Shown: positions 1 to 10,953, counted from the stretch's first letter. The stretch is 64,000 nt of DNA from Opitutales bacterium (GCA_965197745.1 CBDANS010000007.1:960001-1024000); one strand, 5' to 3'. The notes: generated by a model not told the origin, from the sequence alone. Translations and numbers: made by a program.

Positions 1-875
1 TCCGCCACCTGTCCTATCTGAACATCCTTAGCCTGTATTTCAGGAATGCGGATAACGGCTTTAAGTTTCTTCGGATTGGCAACCTGGAAGAGATTCTCTC
101 CCGCATTTACCTGCATACCCTCTTCCACGGATAAGCGCTGCAACACACCGGAAACAGCAGCTTTTACAATCAAGCCATCTACCTGGCCATTAAATAATTC
201 ATAAATAGCACGATCCTGTTCAATCTTTGCTCGACGCGTAGCTAATTGTGACTCCAGTGATTCATCTCGAGCGACGACGCGCTGCTTCTCAATTTCCCAG
301 CGCGTTGCTAATTGCTCTGCACGAAGCATCGATTTCTTTTGCGTGAGTTTTGCAATCAGACCCTCGACATATAATTCATCATTCACTTCTGCTTCTAACT
401 GCGCTTCCTTGTATTGCGCCTCCAATTGCGCAAGTTCGGATTTCATCTGAAGCAGCTCATTTTCCAGCTGTACTTTATAGCTGATGAAATCGGCCTCGGT
501 CCCCTTTAATTGTAATTCTGCATTGTTCGCTTCTTGAAGGAGCTCGGGATTACTGAGCTCGATGATTATTGTCTCCGGATCAACCCATACACCAGGTAAT
601 TCAATTAATCTCTCAACTCTCCCTGAAGTGCGGGAAGTTATCCAACGGATTTCTTCAGGGAGCAATGTGCCCATCCCCCTAACCTGTCTGAGCATCGTCC
701 CTCGGCTTACCTCGCCAACCCAAACTGACTTGCTATCGACCCTGGGAATAGCGGGGTCCAGCATAAAGGTAAACCCCAAGCCAGCAATAAGAACTACCGC
801 AACTACAGCAGAGTAAATGATCTGTTTCTTGCGCTTCTTCTTAAGAAGATCGGGACGTTGAATGTCCATGGACAT
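1..875 (-). CDS. HlyD-family efflux periplasmic adaptor subunit (partial, runs off window start)
   Basis: Manual translation (not in ORF track): MSMDIQRPDLLKKKRKKQIIYS + TM helix, VSRGTMLRQVRGMGTLLPEEIRWI, long coiled coil, VKAAVSGVLQ..VEEGMQV; directly downstream of ABC permease. Confidence 0.85.
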   Translation of the reverse strand, partial: MSMDIQRPDLLKKKRKKQIIYSAVVAVVLIAGLGFTFMLDPAIPRVDSKSVWVGEVSRGTMLRQVRGMGTLLPEEIRWITSRTSGRVERLIELPGVWVDPETIIIELSNPELLQEANNAELQLKGTEADFISYKVQLENELLQMKSELAQLEAQYKEAQLEAEVNDELYVEGLIAKLTQKKSMLRAEQLATRWEIEKQRVVARDESLESQLATRRAKIEQDRAIYELFNGQVDGLIVKAAVSGVLQRLSVEEGMQVNAGENLFQVANPKKLKAVIRIPEIQAKDVQIGQVA

Positions 876-896
876 AGTAAATATTAAATAAAAAAA

Positions 897-3611
897 TTAT
901 TCATCTCGTATTGCCACTAGCGGATCAACACGGGCAGCTACCCGTGCTGGCAACCAAGCTGAAAACAATCCGGCAAATGCAATTAATGCAATTACAGTTA
1001 TATAGACAATTATCTCATTGGGGGAAAAAAATATAAATGCACTGTTTAATACTCGGGATAGTGCTAGTGCGAATAGCAATCCAATAAATAATCCAATGCT
1101 TATTTGAGCACTACTCTGCTTAATTATCATCGCAATTATATTTTGAGGTTCTGCACCCAATGCTTTGCGTATTCCTATTTCATGAGTGCGCTGATTTACT
1201 GAAAACGTCATGACTCCGTATACTCCAATGACAGCGAGGAGAAAAGCTGAGATACCAATTGCAATGAAAATCCAACTGGAAAAATGAATCGCTCGGAATG
1301 TTCTATCGATAGAACCTTGAATGGTTCTAATAGCATAAAGAGGTTGATAAGGATTTAATTTTTGCAGCTCTTCACGTACAGTTGGTAACCAATTCATAGG
1401 ATCGCCACCTATACCTCTTAAAAGGAGAGTCATATGACGTGCGCCTATATTAAAAACAAAAGTGGTCTCCTGAGCCATTGGGACATAAAATCCTGAGCCA
1501 TCGCTAGTAGTATTTAGACCTTCCATTGTTAAATCTGGCGCAACACCGACAACGGTTAACCAAGGTTTCTCTACTGGCCGCTTTACTTTAAATCGTTTAC
1601 CGATAGGACTTTGATTCGGCCAATATTTATTGGCAAATAGAGTGTTAACTATAGCTACCTGTTGCGATTCAGCAGTATCAGCATCACTAAACGACCTTCC
1701 GTCTAATACAGATACTCCCAAAACATCGAAGTAATCGCTGGAAATACCTGCACAATGAACAAGCGGGTAATCATCCTTTGTTACATCCTCTGATGCATAA
1801 CTTACTCCATCAATCGCAATCCACCTGATTAACACCCCTGGGTCAGAAGGGGAAGTAGTAAATGCGACAGCCTCAATTCCTGGGATAGCTTTAAGATTAT
1901 TTTGAAATGTTTTTTGAAATCTGATTTTATCCAAATCATCAGGATAATCGGTGTCGAATAATGAAGTCCTCGCCAGTAATATGTTTTTAGGATTATAGGG
2001 TAAATCGATATCGTTTTGCTCTAACATTGATTTTAATAGCAATCCTGATCCTATTAGGAGGCCACAGGAAATGCTAATTTGTACAATGATTAAAAACTTG
2101 CTGAATCGACTCGAACGTAAACTGGAAGAAGTGCGGGCATTTTCCTTTAGTAATTGATTTACATCAGTATTAGATACTTGAAGCGCTGGCACCATACCCG
2201 AGATAACGACGGTCAGAACAGTTAGACCGATGACAAAGAAAAACACGGCGCCATCCATTTCAAAATTTATCCATGATGGGTATTGAAATCCTTGAATTGT
2301 GACCAAATAGTAATTCCATAAAATATCTAAAGCCCTATTCGCTATAAGAAAGCCACTAACTGCACCTATTATCGCTATTAATAGACTCTCGGTTAGGATT
2401 TGAGTGATGATCCTTTTTCTAGTTGCACCTAATGCACTTTGTAGAGCGAGTTCTTTGCTGCGTAAGATAGATCTGCTATAAAGCAAATTCACTACATTAG
2501 AACAGGCAATGATCAGCACCATAAATCCTAGAAAAAGCATGGTTATTAGTGTTGTAGCCATTCTACTGCCACCACCAATTTCCTTAATATAAGGTTTAAT
2601 CTCGATGGAGTTATACCCCTTATTACTATCAGGATATTCCTTTTCTAAGCGCCTGGCTATTCCATTAAATTCTGTTAATGCTTCGTCAACGGTGACACCG
2701 TCTTTCAACCTACCAAAAACAGCCATCTTATCACTATTTTTTCTTTCTCCTGACGATAGGTTTTTACGATAAGGAAACCAAAGTTCTGCCCTCCGGGGAA
2801 AATTAAATTCCTGGGGCATCACGCCTACTATGGTGTGCGGTACACTGTTTAAAAGCATCGATCGACCAATAATGTCAGAATCACCGCTAAAGTCTTTCTG
2901 CCAGATTCCATAGCTGATAATCACTACATTGTCGGCACCGGGTAGGTCTTCATCTTTTAAAAATCCGCGCCCTAATAGAGGTTTGACGCGTAGCAGATCC
3001 AGGAAATTGGTTGAGATTGAACAACCGTTATAACGACGCGCGTATTCATCACCCTTTATATTTATCGGTTCATTATCGGAGTAACCAAGCCCTTCAAAGG
3101 TCGTCTGTTGTTCCTGAAAATCTTTAAGATCATAGACATTTATCAATAATTCGGATCTGGATTTTTGCACGTGGCTTTTGACATTATTCCATTTCAAATG
3201 AAAAATTCTGTCCGAATCATCGAAAGGTAGACCTCTAATGATAAATCCGTTTACGATACTAAATATGGTAACAATCAGCCCAATGCCAACCGATATTGCA
3301 AACACTACTACTAGACTAAAACCTTTATTCTTCAATAACTGTCGGAAGCCATATCTAATGTCGTACCAAAAATTACTTGCAATACGTACACTCCAAGAGT
3401 CTATACACTCCTCTTTAATTTGACCGACTCCCCCAAATTCTCTTAAGGCGTCGATTCGTGCCTCTTCAGGACTCATGCCAGAGTTTATATTTTCCTCTAT
3501 TTGCATATCCAGATGAGACCGTATTTCATCTTCCAACTCCTGCTGTTTCGAGGCTCCAAATAACAGAGCTTTGAAACGGAAAAAAGCTCTTTTAATAATA
3601 GTCATTAGCAA
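897..3611 (-). CDS. ABC transporter permease, duplicated MacB/FtsX type (ADOP-like)
   Basis: 904 aa; N-terminal ELEDEIRSHL..EEARIDALREFGG prefix, two FtsX-like halves (IACSNVVNLL..RSKELALQSALGA; QRTHEIGIRKALGA), ends RVDPLVAIRDE; preceded by PadR gene. Confidence 0.9.
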   Translation of the reverse strand: MLMTIIKRAFFRFKALLFGASKQQELEDEIRSHLDMQIEENINSGMSPEEARIDALREFGGVGQIKEECIDSWSVRIASNFWYDIRYGFRQLLKNKGFSLVVVFAISVGIGLIVTIFSIVNGFIIRGLPFDDSDRIFHLKWNNVKSHVQKSRSELLINVYDLKDFQEQQTTFEGLGYSDNEPINIKGDEYARRYNGCSISTNFLDLLRVKPLLGRGFLKDEDLPGADNVVIISYGIWQKDFSGDSDIIGRSMLLNSVPHTIVGVMPQEFNFPRRAELWFPYRKNLSSGERKNSDKMAVFGRLKDGVTVDEALTEFNGIARRLEKEYPDSNKGYNSIEIKPYIKEIGGGSRMATTLITMLFLGFMVLIIACSNVVNLLYSRSILRSKELALQSALGATRKRIITQILTESLLIAIIGAVSGFLIANRALDILWNYYLVTIQGFQYPSWINFEMDGAVFFFVIGLTVLTVVISGMVPALQVSNTDVNQLLKENARTSSSLRSSRFSKFLIIVQISISCGLLIGSGLLLKSMLEQNDIDLPYNPKNILLARTSLFDTDYPDDLDKIRFQKTFQNNLKAIPGIEAVAFTTSPSDPGVLIRWIAIDGVSYASEDVTKDDYPLVHCAGISSDYFDVLGVSVLDGRSFSDADTAESQQVAIVNTLFANKYWPNQSPIGKRFKVKRPVEKPWLTVVGVAPDLTMEGLNTTSDGSGFYVPMAQETTFVFNIGARHMTLLLRGIGGDPMNWLPTVREELQKLNPYQPLYAIRTIQGSIDRTFRAIHFSSWIFIAIGISAFLLAVIGVYGVMTFSVNQRTHEIGIRKALGAEPQNIIAMIIKQSSAQISIGLFIGLLFALALSRVLNSAFIFFSPNEIIVYITVIALIAFAGLFSAWLPARVAARVDPLVAIRDE

Positions 3612-3617
3612 CTTATG

Positions 3618-3950
3618 CTATCCATGTTGCACAATCTGATTGATCGCTCCCGAAAACTGCTTCCAATAGGTTGTTTCTTCTGCAACCTGTTTTATTCCAG
3701 CTGAGGTAAGCGTATAAAATCTAGCTCTTCTTTTTGTCTCTGTGACACCCCATTTAGATTTAACTAATCCTCGTTCCTCAAGTCGATGTAGAGCAGGATA
3801 GAGTGACCCTTGTCGAACGCTGAGAACGTCCTTAGAGATTAGTTCAATCCTCTTTGCAATGCTGTATCCATGCCTGCTTCCAGAGCACAGGATGCGCAGG
3901 ATGATTAGGTCTAAAGTTCCCTGCAGTAATTCAGTTTTATTTGATTCCAT
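3618..3950 (-). CDS. PadR-family transcriptional regulator (type that accompanies ADOP permeases)
   Basis: LLQGTLDLIIL..HGYSIAKRI..QGSLYPALHRLEERG..RRARFYTLT. Confidence 0.92.
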   Translation of the reverse strand: MESNKTELLQGTLDLIILRILCSGSRHGYSIAKRIELISKDVLSVRQGSLYPALHRLEERGLVKSKWGVTETKRRARFYTLTSAGIKQVAEETTYWKQFSGAINQIVQHG

Positions 3951-3958
3951 TACTATAC

Positions 3959-3986
3959 ATAGAATGTCTATATATAGAATGTCAAT
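3959..3986. promoter_or_regulatory. Putative PadR operator pair overlapping promoter
   Basis: Palindrome ATAGA-ATG-TCTAT (3959-3971) and near-copy ATAGAATGTCAAT (3974-3986) overlapping a minus-strand TTGACA, just upstream of padR. Confidence 0.55.
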
Positions 3987-3999
3987 CTATTTTGCTAAT

Positions 4000-4162
4000 T
4001 GATCGGACCCCTTTTTTCGTAGCAGTTTAAGTGAGAGAATTACCGGGTGTTAATGGTTTTAGGATTGCTGTGTATGAGAGATCTTGGCGAAGTGAGGGCG
4101 TAGCCCGAACGCGGTCAAGATCGGAAAGGAATCTGACATACTCTTGTGGGCTTTTAAAGCCT
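4000..4162 (-). mobile_element. IS3-family type A right-end remnant
   Basis: TGATCGGACCCC terminus and about 160 bp matching the right ends of the copies at 5724, 13409, 19814 and 26257. Confidence 0.85.
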
Positions 4163-4168
4163 TTAATA

Positions 4169-4196
4169 GGGAGTTCAACTCTCTTCCATATTACCA
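4169..4196 (+). other. Degenerate tRNA/tmRNA 3' fragment (att-like scar)
   Basis: GGGAG-TTCAACT-CTCTT-CCATATT-A-CCA has the exact spacing of tRNA positions 49-76; no 5' half present. Confidence 0.4.
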
Positions 4197-4892
4197 CTTA
4201 ATAATCAGCATTTTATATTAATATGTAAGTACTTATGAATCAGCTTATCACTTATGTCAAGAGAAACTAAATAGTAGTAAATAGCGTTAAATAGCAAATA
4301 ATGGGGAGCATTGGGGGAGCGAGTGTCGCTAGACCTCGTTGGATGTTATTAACTGTAACAATCGACAACCTCTAGATATTAGTCCTGAATATAATGAAGA
4401 TTCAATTACCAGTATGATTCACCCGTACCCGAGTTCAGGAATTGGCATCTTCTATAACTGTGAGTCAGAATTCTCAGAAGACAATATTCTTGCTTATTGC
4501 TTGTGAGGGCTATTGCACTCAGCACTGTGCCCTTGTCGTCGAATCACACATTGCACTGCCATCGTTCGCCTGACGTGCAATTGGGGTAAGACCTGTTTAT
4601 TGGTACAACGAGTCGTGGCCAAACGGACACCAAGACATGGCTTACGAAATTCATCACAAGCGCCGAGGCAAAGCAATAAAACAGAGTTTCAGATCCCATG
4701 CCCTAATTGGGCTAAAATCATCATACATAACCCTGATTAAGTTTTCAGTGGCTCAGTTCCCGTGATTGCGACCAAACTAATAGCTAGCTGACACTTTATA
4801 CTTCCCCTCAGGATAATCTGTATGTTCAAGTCATAGCTAGTACATCTAAGCTGTACTAGTAACCTCTAAGATCAAGTCGTAGCTAGTACAGT

Positions 4893-5439
4893 TTATTGTT
4901 TGTGCACTTTGCCGATGATAGCAATTGCGATTACGGCGATGGTGACAAGGCCAATGAGAACGTAGGTAAGGGTGTTGGGTTGCTCATCACTTACATGTTG
5001 GTCGGATTCGTCCTCGAAAATGGGTTGAGCTGTCGACTTAGGTTGCAGCTTGCGTTGCTCTGTTGGTTCCAGTTGCGGTGTTGTTTCATTTCCCGTATCT
5101 CTTCAGGAATTCTCTTAATAAACTATCGCCGATCCCTCTTTCTGAACTGTAGCTAAACCCCAACCCACTTAACCGTCCATCATTAAACTCATAAATAACC
5201 ACTTTAATCGGACCGGTACTAATCGACTCCAACAACCCCTTTTTTGGTTCTTCAGGATCGGGGGTATCTTCTTCTCCTGGGTCAGGGAACAAATCTCATG
5301 TTGTTGCATCAGGGCGTGCTTGTATTAATTCCTTCCAGGTCATTCCTATTTCAAGGTTTCGAAAACCTTCAGGCATTATTTGACCATATGCCTCTGTTAA
5401 GAGAAATAAGCCGATAATAGTCACTTGTAACAGCTTCAT
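4893..5439 (-). pseudogene. Secreted/membrane-anchored protein, possible immunity protein (decayed)
   Basis: Signal-peptide-like MKLLQVTIIGLFLLTEAYG, in-frame TGA at 5296-5298, frame change near 5088, then acidic spacer and C-terminal TM LTYVLIGLVTIAVIAIAIIGKVHKQ*. Confidence 0.6.
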
Positions 5440-5723
5440 CACTGGTTTGATTGTTATAGCAGTCCTTTCCATTCAGCGTTCGCAAAGTCATCAAGAATTG
5501 TCAATGCGCCCTTATTGCCGTGTCCAGCTGTGCTTTTGTCATTGACGAGCCGGTTACGAGGCTTATACCAACTGCATTATTTTCCAGATCCATCACTGTT
5601 TCGTTATGCGCACTGTTACCTGATAAATTGGTGACTTCATGAGTTGTTGATAGTCATTCTGCGTCCTCAGCATTCCAATCGATGGTCAGTATTCCAGTCA
5701 AATAAGCATGCCTTGCGGCATCC
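5440..5723 (-). pseudogene. C-terminal remnant of a DUF6973-like (DAxRH..HE..MDLxNN) domain gene, cut by IS
   Basis: Manual translation DAARHAYLTGILTIDWNAEDAE*LSTTHEVTNLSGNSAHNETVMDLENNAVG; stop at 5654-5656; 5' part removed at IS end 5724. Confidence 0.6.
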
Positions 5724-7057
5724 TGATCGGACCCCGTTATTCGTACCAATTTTTAAGAGAGAGAGTTACCGGGTGTTAATGGTTTTAGGATTGATGTATA
5801 GGAGTGATCTTGGCGAAGTGAGGGCGTAGCCCGAACGCGGCCAAGATCTGAAAGGATACTGACCAACTCCAGTGGACTTTTAAAGCCTAAACGCCTATGG
5901 GGATGTTCATTATTGTAGGGATGACGCCATGGTTCGATTACCCTTTGCGCTTCAGCTACGCTGAGCAACACATCAGGGTTCAGACATGAGCGTTTCGCTA
6001 TGTCGTCACTACGTTCCTCGGTACATCGCGTAAGCGGTTGTGAAACGACTCAATGAAACCGTTTGTTATTCTCGCTTTGGCTCGTTGAGGGGTCGCTTCG
6101 CTCGGTAGCCAGGGACTGCCCGAATCGCTATAGATCGCCTTGATGTTTTTGTCGGACAACCACTGCTGCACTTGATGAGCGCTGAACTCACTGCCGTTGT
6201 CACTACGGATATAGCTGGGAGTTCCCTCCTCTTCAATGGCTTCGCTAAGCACAGAGAAGACATCAGTTGAGGGGAGTTGACGAGCGACCCGGATACGCAG
6301 ACATTGACGCGTCTATTCATCGATTAAGGTCATCATCTTTAAGGGACCGCCATGGTCTGTGCGATCATGGACAAAGTCCCAGGACCAAACGTGATTGCGA
6401 CCGATTGCTCTAGTTGGAGGCCCCGTAGAGACCCCTTGACGGGGTCTGCGCTTTTTTGGGGGCTTTACTTGCAGCCCTTCTGAACGGCGTACCGCCTGGA
6501 CAAACTTCCTGCTTGTTGTCCAGTCTTCCTTTACGAGCAAGGCACGGATACGCCGGTAACCGTAGCGGGGATGTTCCCAGAACAAGGTTACAATGCGCTC
6601 GGCCAACCGCTGAACTTTCCTCCTGGCTTGCTTGGGCTGGTAGCGGTACGTTGACCCACTGAGACTGAGATAAGCACAAGCCCTCTCAGCCGTGTCTTTT
6701 ACTCCTCGCTTCTTTTGCTTTGGGCGCACCCTTTTTTTGACCGCGTTTCCTCCCTCACTTGGTTCTTGAGCATTTGATCTGCGCGCTGCTTTTTCAGCTC
6801 GGTGTTTTCTTTTTCCAGCTCTTTAAATCGCTTCGCATCGGCCAGTTCCAAATGGCCATACTTTTTACCCCAGCGATAGAAGGTCTGTTCACTTAGGTTG
6901 TGGCCACCGCAGATTTCCGGCACCGTCTTGCCAGTATCAGTCTGCCGTAATATTACTATGATCTGTTCTGTTGTGTATCTTTTTCTTTTCATTGAGGTTA
7001 TCGGGTTATCCCGATAACCTCTCACTGTTAATGATACCATTTTTTTTGGTCACGCCA
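5724..7057 (-). mobile_element. IS3-family element type A, copy 1 (degenerate)
   Basis: TG...CA termini; orfA MKRKRYTTEQI (ATG at 6992); fragmented orfB with HPRYGYRRI, WSWDF, SDNGSEF, GFIESF; two mini-inserts. Confidence 0.93.
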
Positions 7058-7325
7058 CTCGCAAAGCCAATGCACTAATTCGTCCAGATTCTTTAAGGCC
7101 AATTACAATCTTCTTTTGAATCTATTGACATACAACAACCTCTATTTTGGTCCTAACTTTAGAAATCAACAGCTCATCTGCACAACACAATTTGCAAGAT
7201 AGCACTGGATTTATTGAATCACAAGCTCATACATAAGTAGCTTAATACAAGGTATATAGAGGTAATGTATACTCAACCTACAGATACAGACTATCAATAT
7301 ATTCTCAGATTTTTTAAAAAATTTC

Positions 7326-7370
7326 TTGCATTATACTACTATTGTAGTAATATTACTACATGAGTAGTAA
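7326..7370 (+). promoter_or_regulatory. BlaI/CopY-type double operator over a probably leaderless promoter
   Basis: TACTAC-N4-GTAGTA (7334-7349) and TTACTAC-ATGA-GTAGTAA (7353-7370, over the ATG); TTGCAT/TAATAT promoter boxes, no Shine-Dalgarno. Confidence 0.7.
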
Positions 7371-7752
7371 AAAGAAAATTAAATTAACACGCTTGGAAAT
7401 GGAGGTAATGGAACCTCTCTGGAATCTTAAAGAAGCAACCATTAGACAGATTCTAGATGATGTTTCTTTAGATAAAAGGCCGGCATATACAACTGTTCAG
7501 ACGATTATTAATCGGTTGGAGGATAAGGGTGTTGTTGCCCGAGTTAAAAAAATAGGCATTGCGCATATCTATCGACCGCTAATTAGTCAAAAATCAGCGT
7601 TTAGTAATTTAATTGAAGATTTTGTCACCATATTTGGTGGATCATCAAGTCCGATCATGTCGCATCTTGTTGAAACAGGTAGAATCACTTTGAAGGATTT
7701 AAAAGAAATAGAAATTCTTCTAAAGAAAAACAAGAAGAGGAGCAAAAAATGA
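7360..7752 (+). CDS. BlaI/MecI/CopY family repressor
   Basis: LTRLEMEVMEPLW..AYTTVQTIINRLEDKG..HIYRPLI..FGGS. Confidence 0.93.
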   Translation: MSSKKKIKLTRLEMEVMEPLWNLKEATIRQILDDVSLDKRPAYTTVQTIINRLEDKGVVARVKKIGIAHIYRPLISQKSAFSNLIEDFVTIFGGSSSPIMSHLVETGRITLKDLKEIEILLKKNKKRSKK

Positions 7753-9350
7753 TTAATCCAATATTTATGGACATCTCTTCGCAGTTATTGTTAGTGAGTA
7801 TAGGAAATCACATCTGGCAGGCCACTCTGTTTGGAACATTGATTTTAGGTGTAATGTTTTTACTCAAGAAATCTCCTGCACGAATCAGATTTTATATTGG
7901 ATGGATTGGCCTTATGAAGTTCGCACTTCCATCTGCTCTATTTCTGTTAGTTTTTGGTCGTTTGGATGGGATTATCTCATCATATGATAAGATAATCGGT
8001 GAAGCGATAACCCCTATAAGTATTATACTTACAGAGCCATTATTCCTTTTCGAAAATTCAGCAACTGCTTCATCCACTACAGCATTTTCTATCCTTACAG
8101 TTTTAAATGTTTTAGGTGGAATTTGGGTTTTCATTGCCTTGTTTATCTTTGGTTACTGGCAAATAAGGCTAATAAGATTACAGAGGCAATTAAGTCGTTC
8201 ATCAAATCCATTTCCAGAATTTCTTACCGCTAAGTTAATTGAGATCAAAAATAAGATAGGGTATAAAGGTCTAGTAACGGGGTGGCTTACTGAAAGTAGA
8301 ATAGAACCAGGAGTAATTGGGATTTTTCGCCCCAGGATAATACTTGCTAATGATCTAGTAGATGAACTGACCGAGGAAGAATTAAAAACTATACTCGTCC
8401 ATGAGCTCATTCATATTAAACACAGGGATAACTTCTGGTCCTATTTGCAGATGATTATATTCTGCATTTTCTGGTTTCATCCACTTGTAATATGGCTCTA
8501 TCATCGACTTACACACGAATGCGAGAAAACCTGTGATGAGGAAGTAATTAAATTAACCAATGACAGAGAAGCATACACAACCGGTATATTGAAAGTTTCA
8601 CAATTCACCCTTGGCATACGTATGCCCGGTTTTACTGGAATAACTCAGTCCAAATTGGGATATCGTATTCAATCCATATTAAATATTAAGATACAGAAAG
8701 ATTCAAAAATAATGAACCGATCAATAATTATCATAGTATTAATACTCCTCAGTATTAGTATGTTTACTGGTGGATCCCTTGCTAAAAATGGGGATATAAA
8801 CGAAAATGAAGCTATTATAGAAAAGCTTATTGTAGATCAACCTTATCCCAGTGTTAATGAAGAAGAGAGTATAGTAATCGAAAAAATAAAGCAGTTAATT
8901 GACACAAACGAATATAATCAGGCGCTTGAAATTCTTGAAGAGGCAATAACTGATGATTCAAGCCCAGCATTTTGGCTGATTAAAGGAAGTATACATGCGA
9001 ATGCTAAAGAATTTGAAAATGCTGCTATTGGTTTAGAAAATTTTATAGTTGAATATCCCACATACTTTGAAGCTCAAAAATCTCTTGGGTATGTTTATGC
9101 CACTATGAAGAAATTTGATAAAGCACGTCAGCATTTGTTAAGGGCAATCGAACTCGGAGGTGAAGATGCCAGGTTGTATGGGCTAGTTGGTTATTCTTAC
9201 ACATTAGATGAAGAATGGGTTTTAGCAGAGATGTTTTTCCGTGAAGCTATTAAAAGGGATCCTGCGGAACCATATTGGAAAGATGGTTTAAACTCGGTTA
9301 TAGAAAAGCAAAATAATGTAAGGAGTGTCAGTGTAAAAACATCAGGGTAA
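7749..9350 (+). CDS. M56 (BlaR1-like) membrane metallopeptidase with C-terminal TPR sensor domain
   Basis: NHIWQATL, PGVIGIFRPRIIL, HELIH, FWFHPLV, EKTCDE; TPR-like helices after a further TM; ATGA overlap with the repressor gene. Confidence 0.9.
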   Translation: MINPIFMDISSQLLLVSIGNHIWQATLFGTLILGVMFLLKKSPARIRFYIGWIGLMKFALPSALFLLVFGRLDGIISSYDKIIGEAITPISIILTEPLFLFENSATASSTTAFSILTVLNVLGGIWVFIALFIFGYWQIRLIRLQRQLSRSSNPFPEFLTAKLIEIKNKIGYKGLVTGWLTESRIEPGVIGIFRPRIILANDLVDELTEEELKTILVHELIHIKHRDNFWSYLQMIIFCIFWFHPLVIWLYHRLTHECEKTCDEEVIKLTNDREAYTTGILKVSQFTLGIRMPGFTGITQSKLGYRIQSILNIKIQKDSKIMNRSIIIIVLILLSISMFTGGSLAKNGDINENEAIIEKLIVDQPYPSVNEEESIVIEKIKQLIDTNEYNQALEILEEAITDDSSPAFWLIKGSIHANAKEFENAAIGLENFIVEYPTYFEAQKSLGYVYATMKKFDKARQHLLRAIELGGEDARLYGLVGYSYTLDEEWVLAEMFFREAIKRDPAEPYWKDGLNSVIEKQNNVRSVSVKTSG

Positions 9351-9365
9351 TAAATCTATATTTAT

Positions 9366-9718
9366 CTAATTGGGAGAAAAGTCAAAAGAGGGCAGGTTTT
9401 GCATTATAGCACTTTTTATTTTTTGCGAGTATGCTTGCCCTAGCCCCTTTCTAATATTCCTATGGCGACTGAAGAGATTGAGCGACTCGATTATTCCTTT
9501 ATTATTCCCATAGGGCAGAATACCATCTACTATAAGATCAAATTCTTCTTCAGCAAAAGCGTTGATAGAGTTACGCAGTGCCCTTGCAAGTGATTTAATT
9601 TTTTCTGCCTCCTTAGGAGGCCATGGGCTTGGAAGATGGGGAAGTAATTCATCAGCTTCCATATGAAGAAAGGGGCTGTCTGGTGTAGATAGAAGCTTTT
9701 GGAGGGTGATAGTGACGG
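9366..9718 (-). pseudogene. 5'-truncated gene, possibly P-loop kinase/phosphotransferase-like
   Basis: Frame open up to the IS end at 9719 (..TLQKLLSTPDSPFLHMEADELLP..LIVDGIL); N-terminus missing. Confidence 0.35.
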
Positions 9719-9783
9719 TGGAGTGACCCCCAAAAATCGTACCATTTACAGAGAGAGGTTATCGGGATAAACAGATAACCTCA

Positions 9784-10050
9784 ATGAAAAGAAAAAGATA
9801 CACGACAGAACAGATCATATTAATATTACGGCAGGTTGATACTGGCAAGACGGTGCAGGAAATCTGCCGTGGCAACAACCTAAGCGAACAGACCTTCTAT
9901 CGCTGGGGTAAGAAGTATGACAACTTGGAACTGGCCGATGCGAAGCGATTTAAAGAGCTGGAAAAAGAAAACACCAAACTGAAGAAGCTGCTCGCAGATC
10001 AAATGCTCAAGAATCAGGAGATGGAGGAAACGTTGTCAAAAAAATGGTGA
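9784..10050 (+). CDS. IS3 transposase OrfA
   Basis: HTH: MKRKRYTTEQI..SEQTFYRW..KELEKENTKLKKLLA. Confidence 0.9.
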   Translation: MKRKRYTTEQIILILRQVDTGKTVQEICRGNNLSEQTFYRWGKKYDNLELADAKRFKELEKENTKLKKLLADQMLKNQEMEETLSKKW

Positions 10051-10953
10051 GCCCAAAGCAGAAGAAGCGAGTAGTAAAAGATGCGGCTGAGCGAGGGCTG
10101 TGCTCGCTTTAGAGGGCTTGTACCTATCTCAGCCTCAGTTGGTCAACGTACAGCTACCGGCCCAAGCAGGCCAGTAAGAAAGCTCAGCGGTTGGCCGAGC
10201 GGATTGTAACCCTGTCCTGGGAACATCCCCGTTACGGTTACCGGCACATCCGTGCCTTGCTCGTAAAGGAAGGGTGGGCAACAAGCAGGAAGTTTGTCCA
10301 GGCGGTACGCCGTTCAGAAGGGCTGCAGGTAAAGCCCCCGAAAAAGCGTAGACCCCGTCAAGGGGTCTCTACAGGGCCGCCTACTAAAGCAACCGGTCGC
10401 AATCACGTCTGGTCCTGGGACTTTGTCCATGACCGCACAGACAATGGCGGTCCATTAAAGATGATGACCTTAATCGATGAATATACGCGTCAATGTCTGA
10501 GTATCCGGGTCGCTCGTGAACTCACCTCAACTGATGTCCTCTCTGTGCTTAGCGAGGCCATTGAAGAGGAGGGAGTTCTTAGCTATATCCGTAGTGACAA
10601 TGGCAGTGAATTCATTGCTCATCAGGTGCAGCAGTGGCTGGCCGACAATAAGATCAAGGCAATCTATATCGATCTGGGCAGTCCCTGGCTACCGAGCGAA
10701 GCGACACCTCAACGAGCCAAAGCGAGAATAACAAACGGTTTCATCGAATCGTTTCACAACCGCTTACGCGATGTACCGAGGAACGTAGTGACGACATAGC
10801 GAAGCGCTCATGTTTGAACCCTGATGTGTTGCTCAGCGTGGCTGAAGCGCAAGTGCTAATTGAACAATGGCGTCAGACCTACAACCATGAACATCCCCAC
10901 AGTCGTTTAGGCTTTAAAAGGGAATTATATACCTAAGTTACCAAAATTATAAT

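Noticed and set aside
5296..5656. TGA recoding suggested by two in-frame TGA codons
   Set aside because: TGA terminates many core genes here and the same region also has frameshifts, so decay is the simpler explanation.
10690..10809. Group I/II intron reading of the mini-inserts
   Set aside because: Far too short, no GTGCG start or domain V, and clean removal would not restore the lost A.
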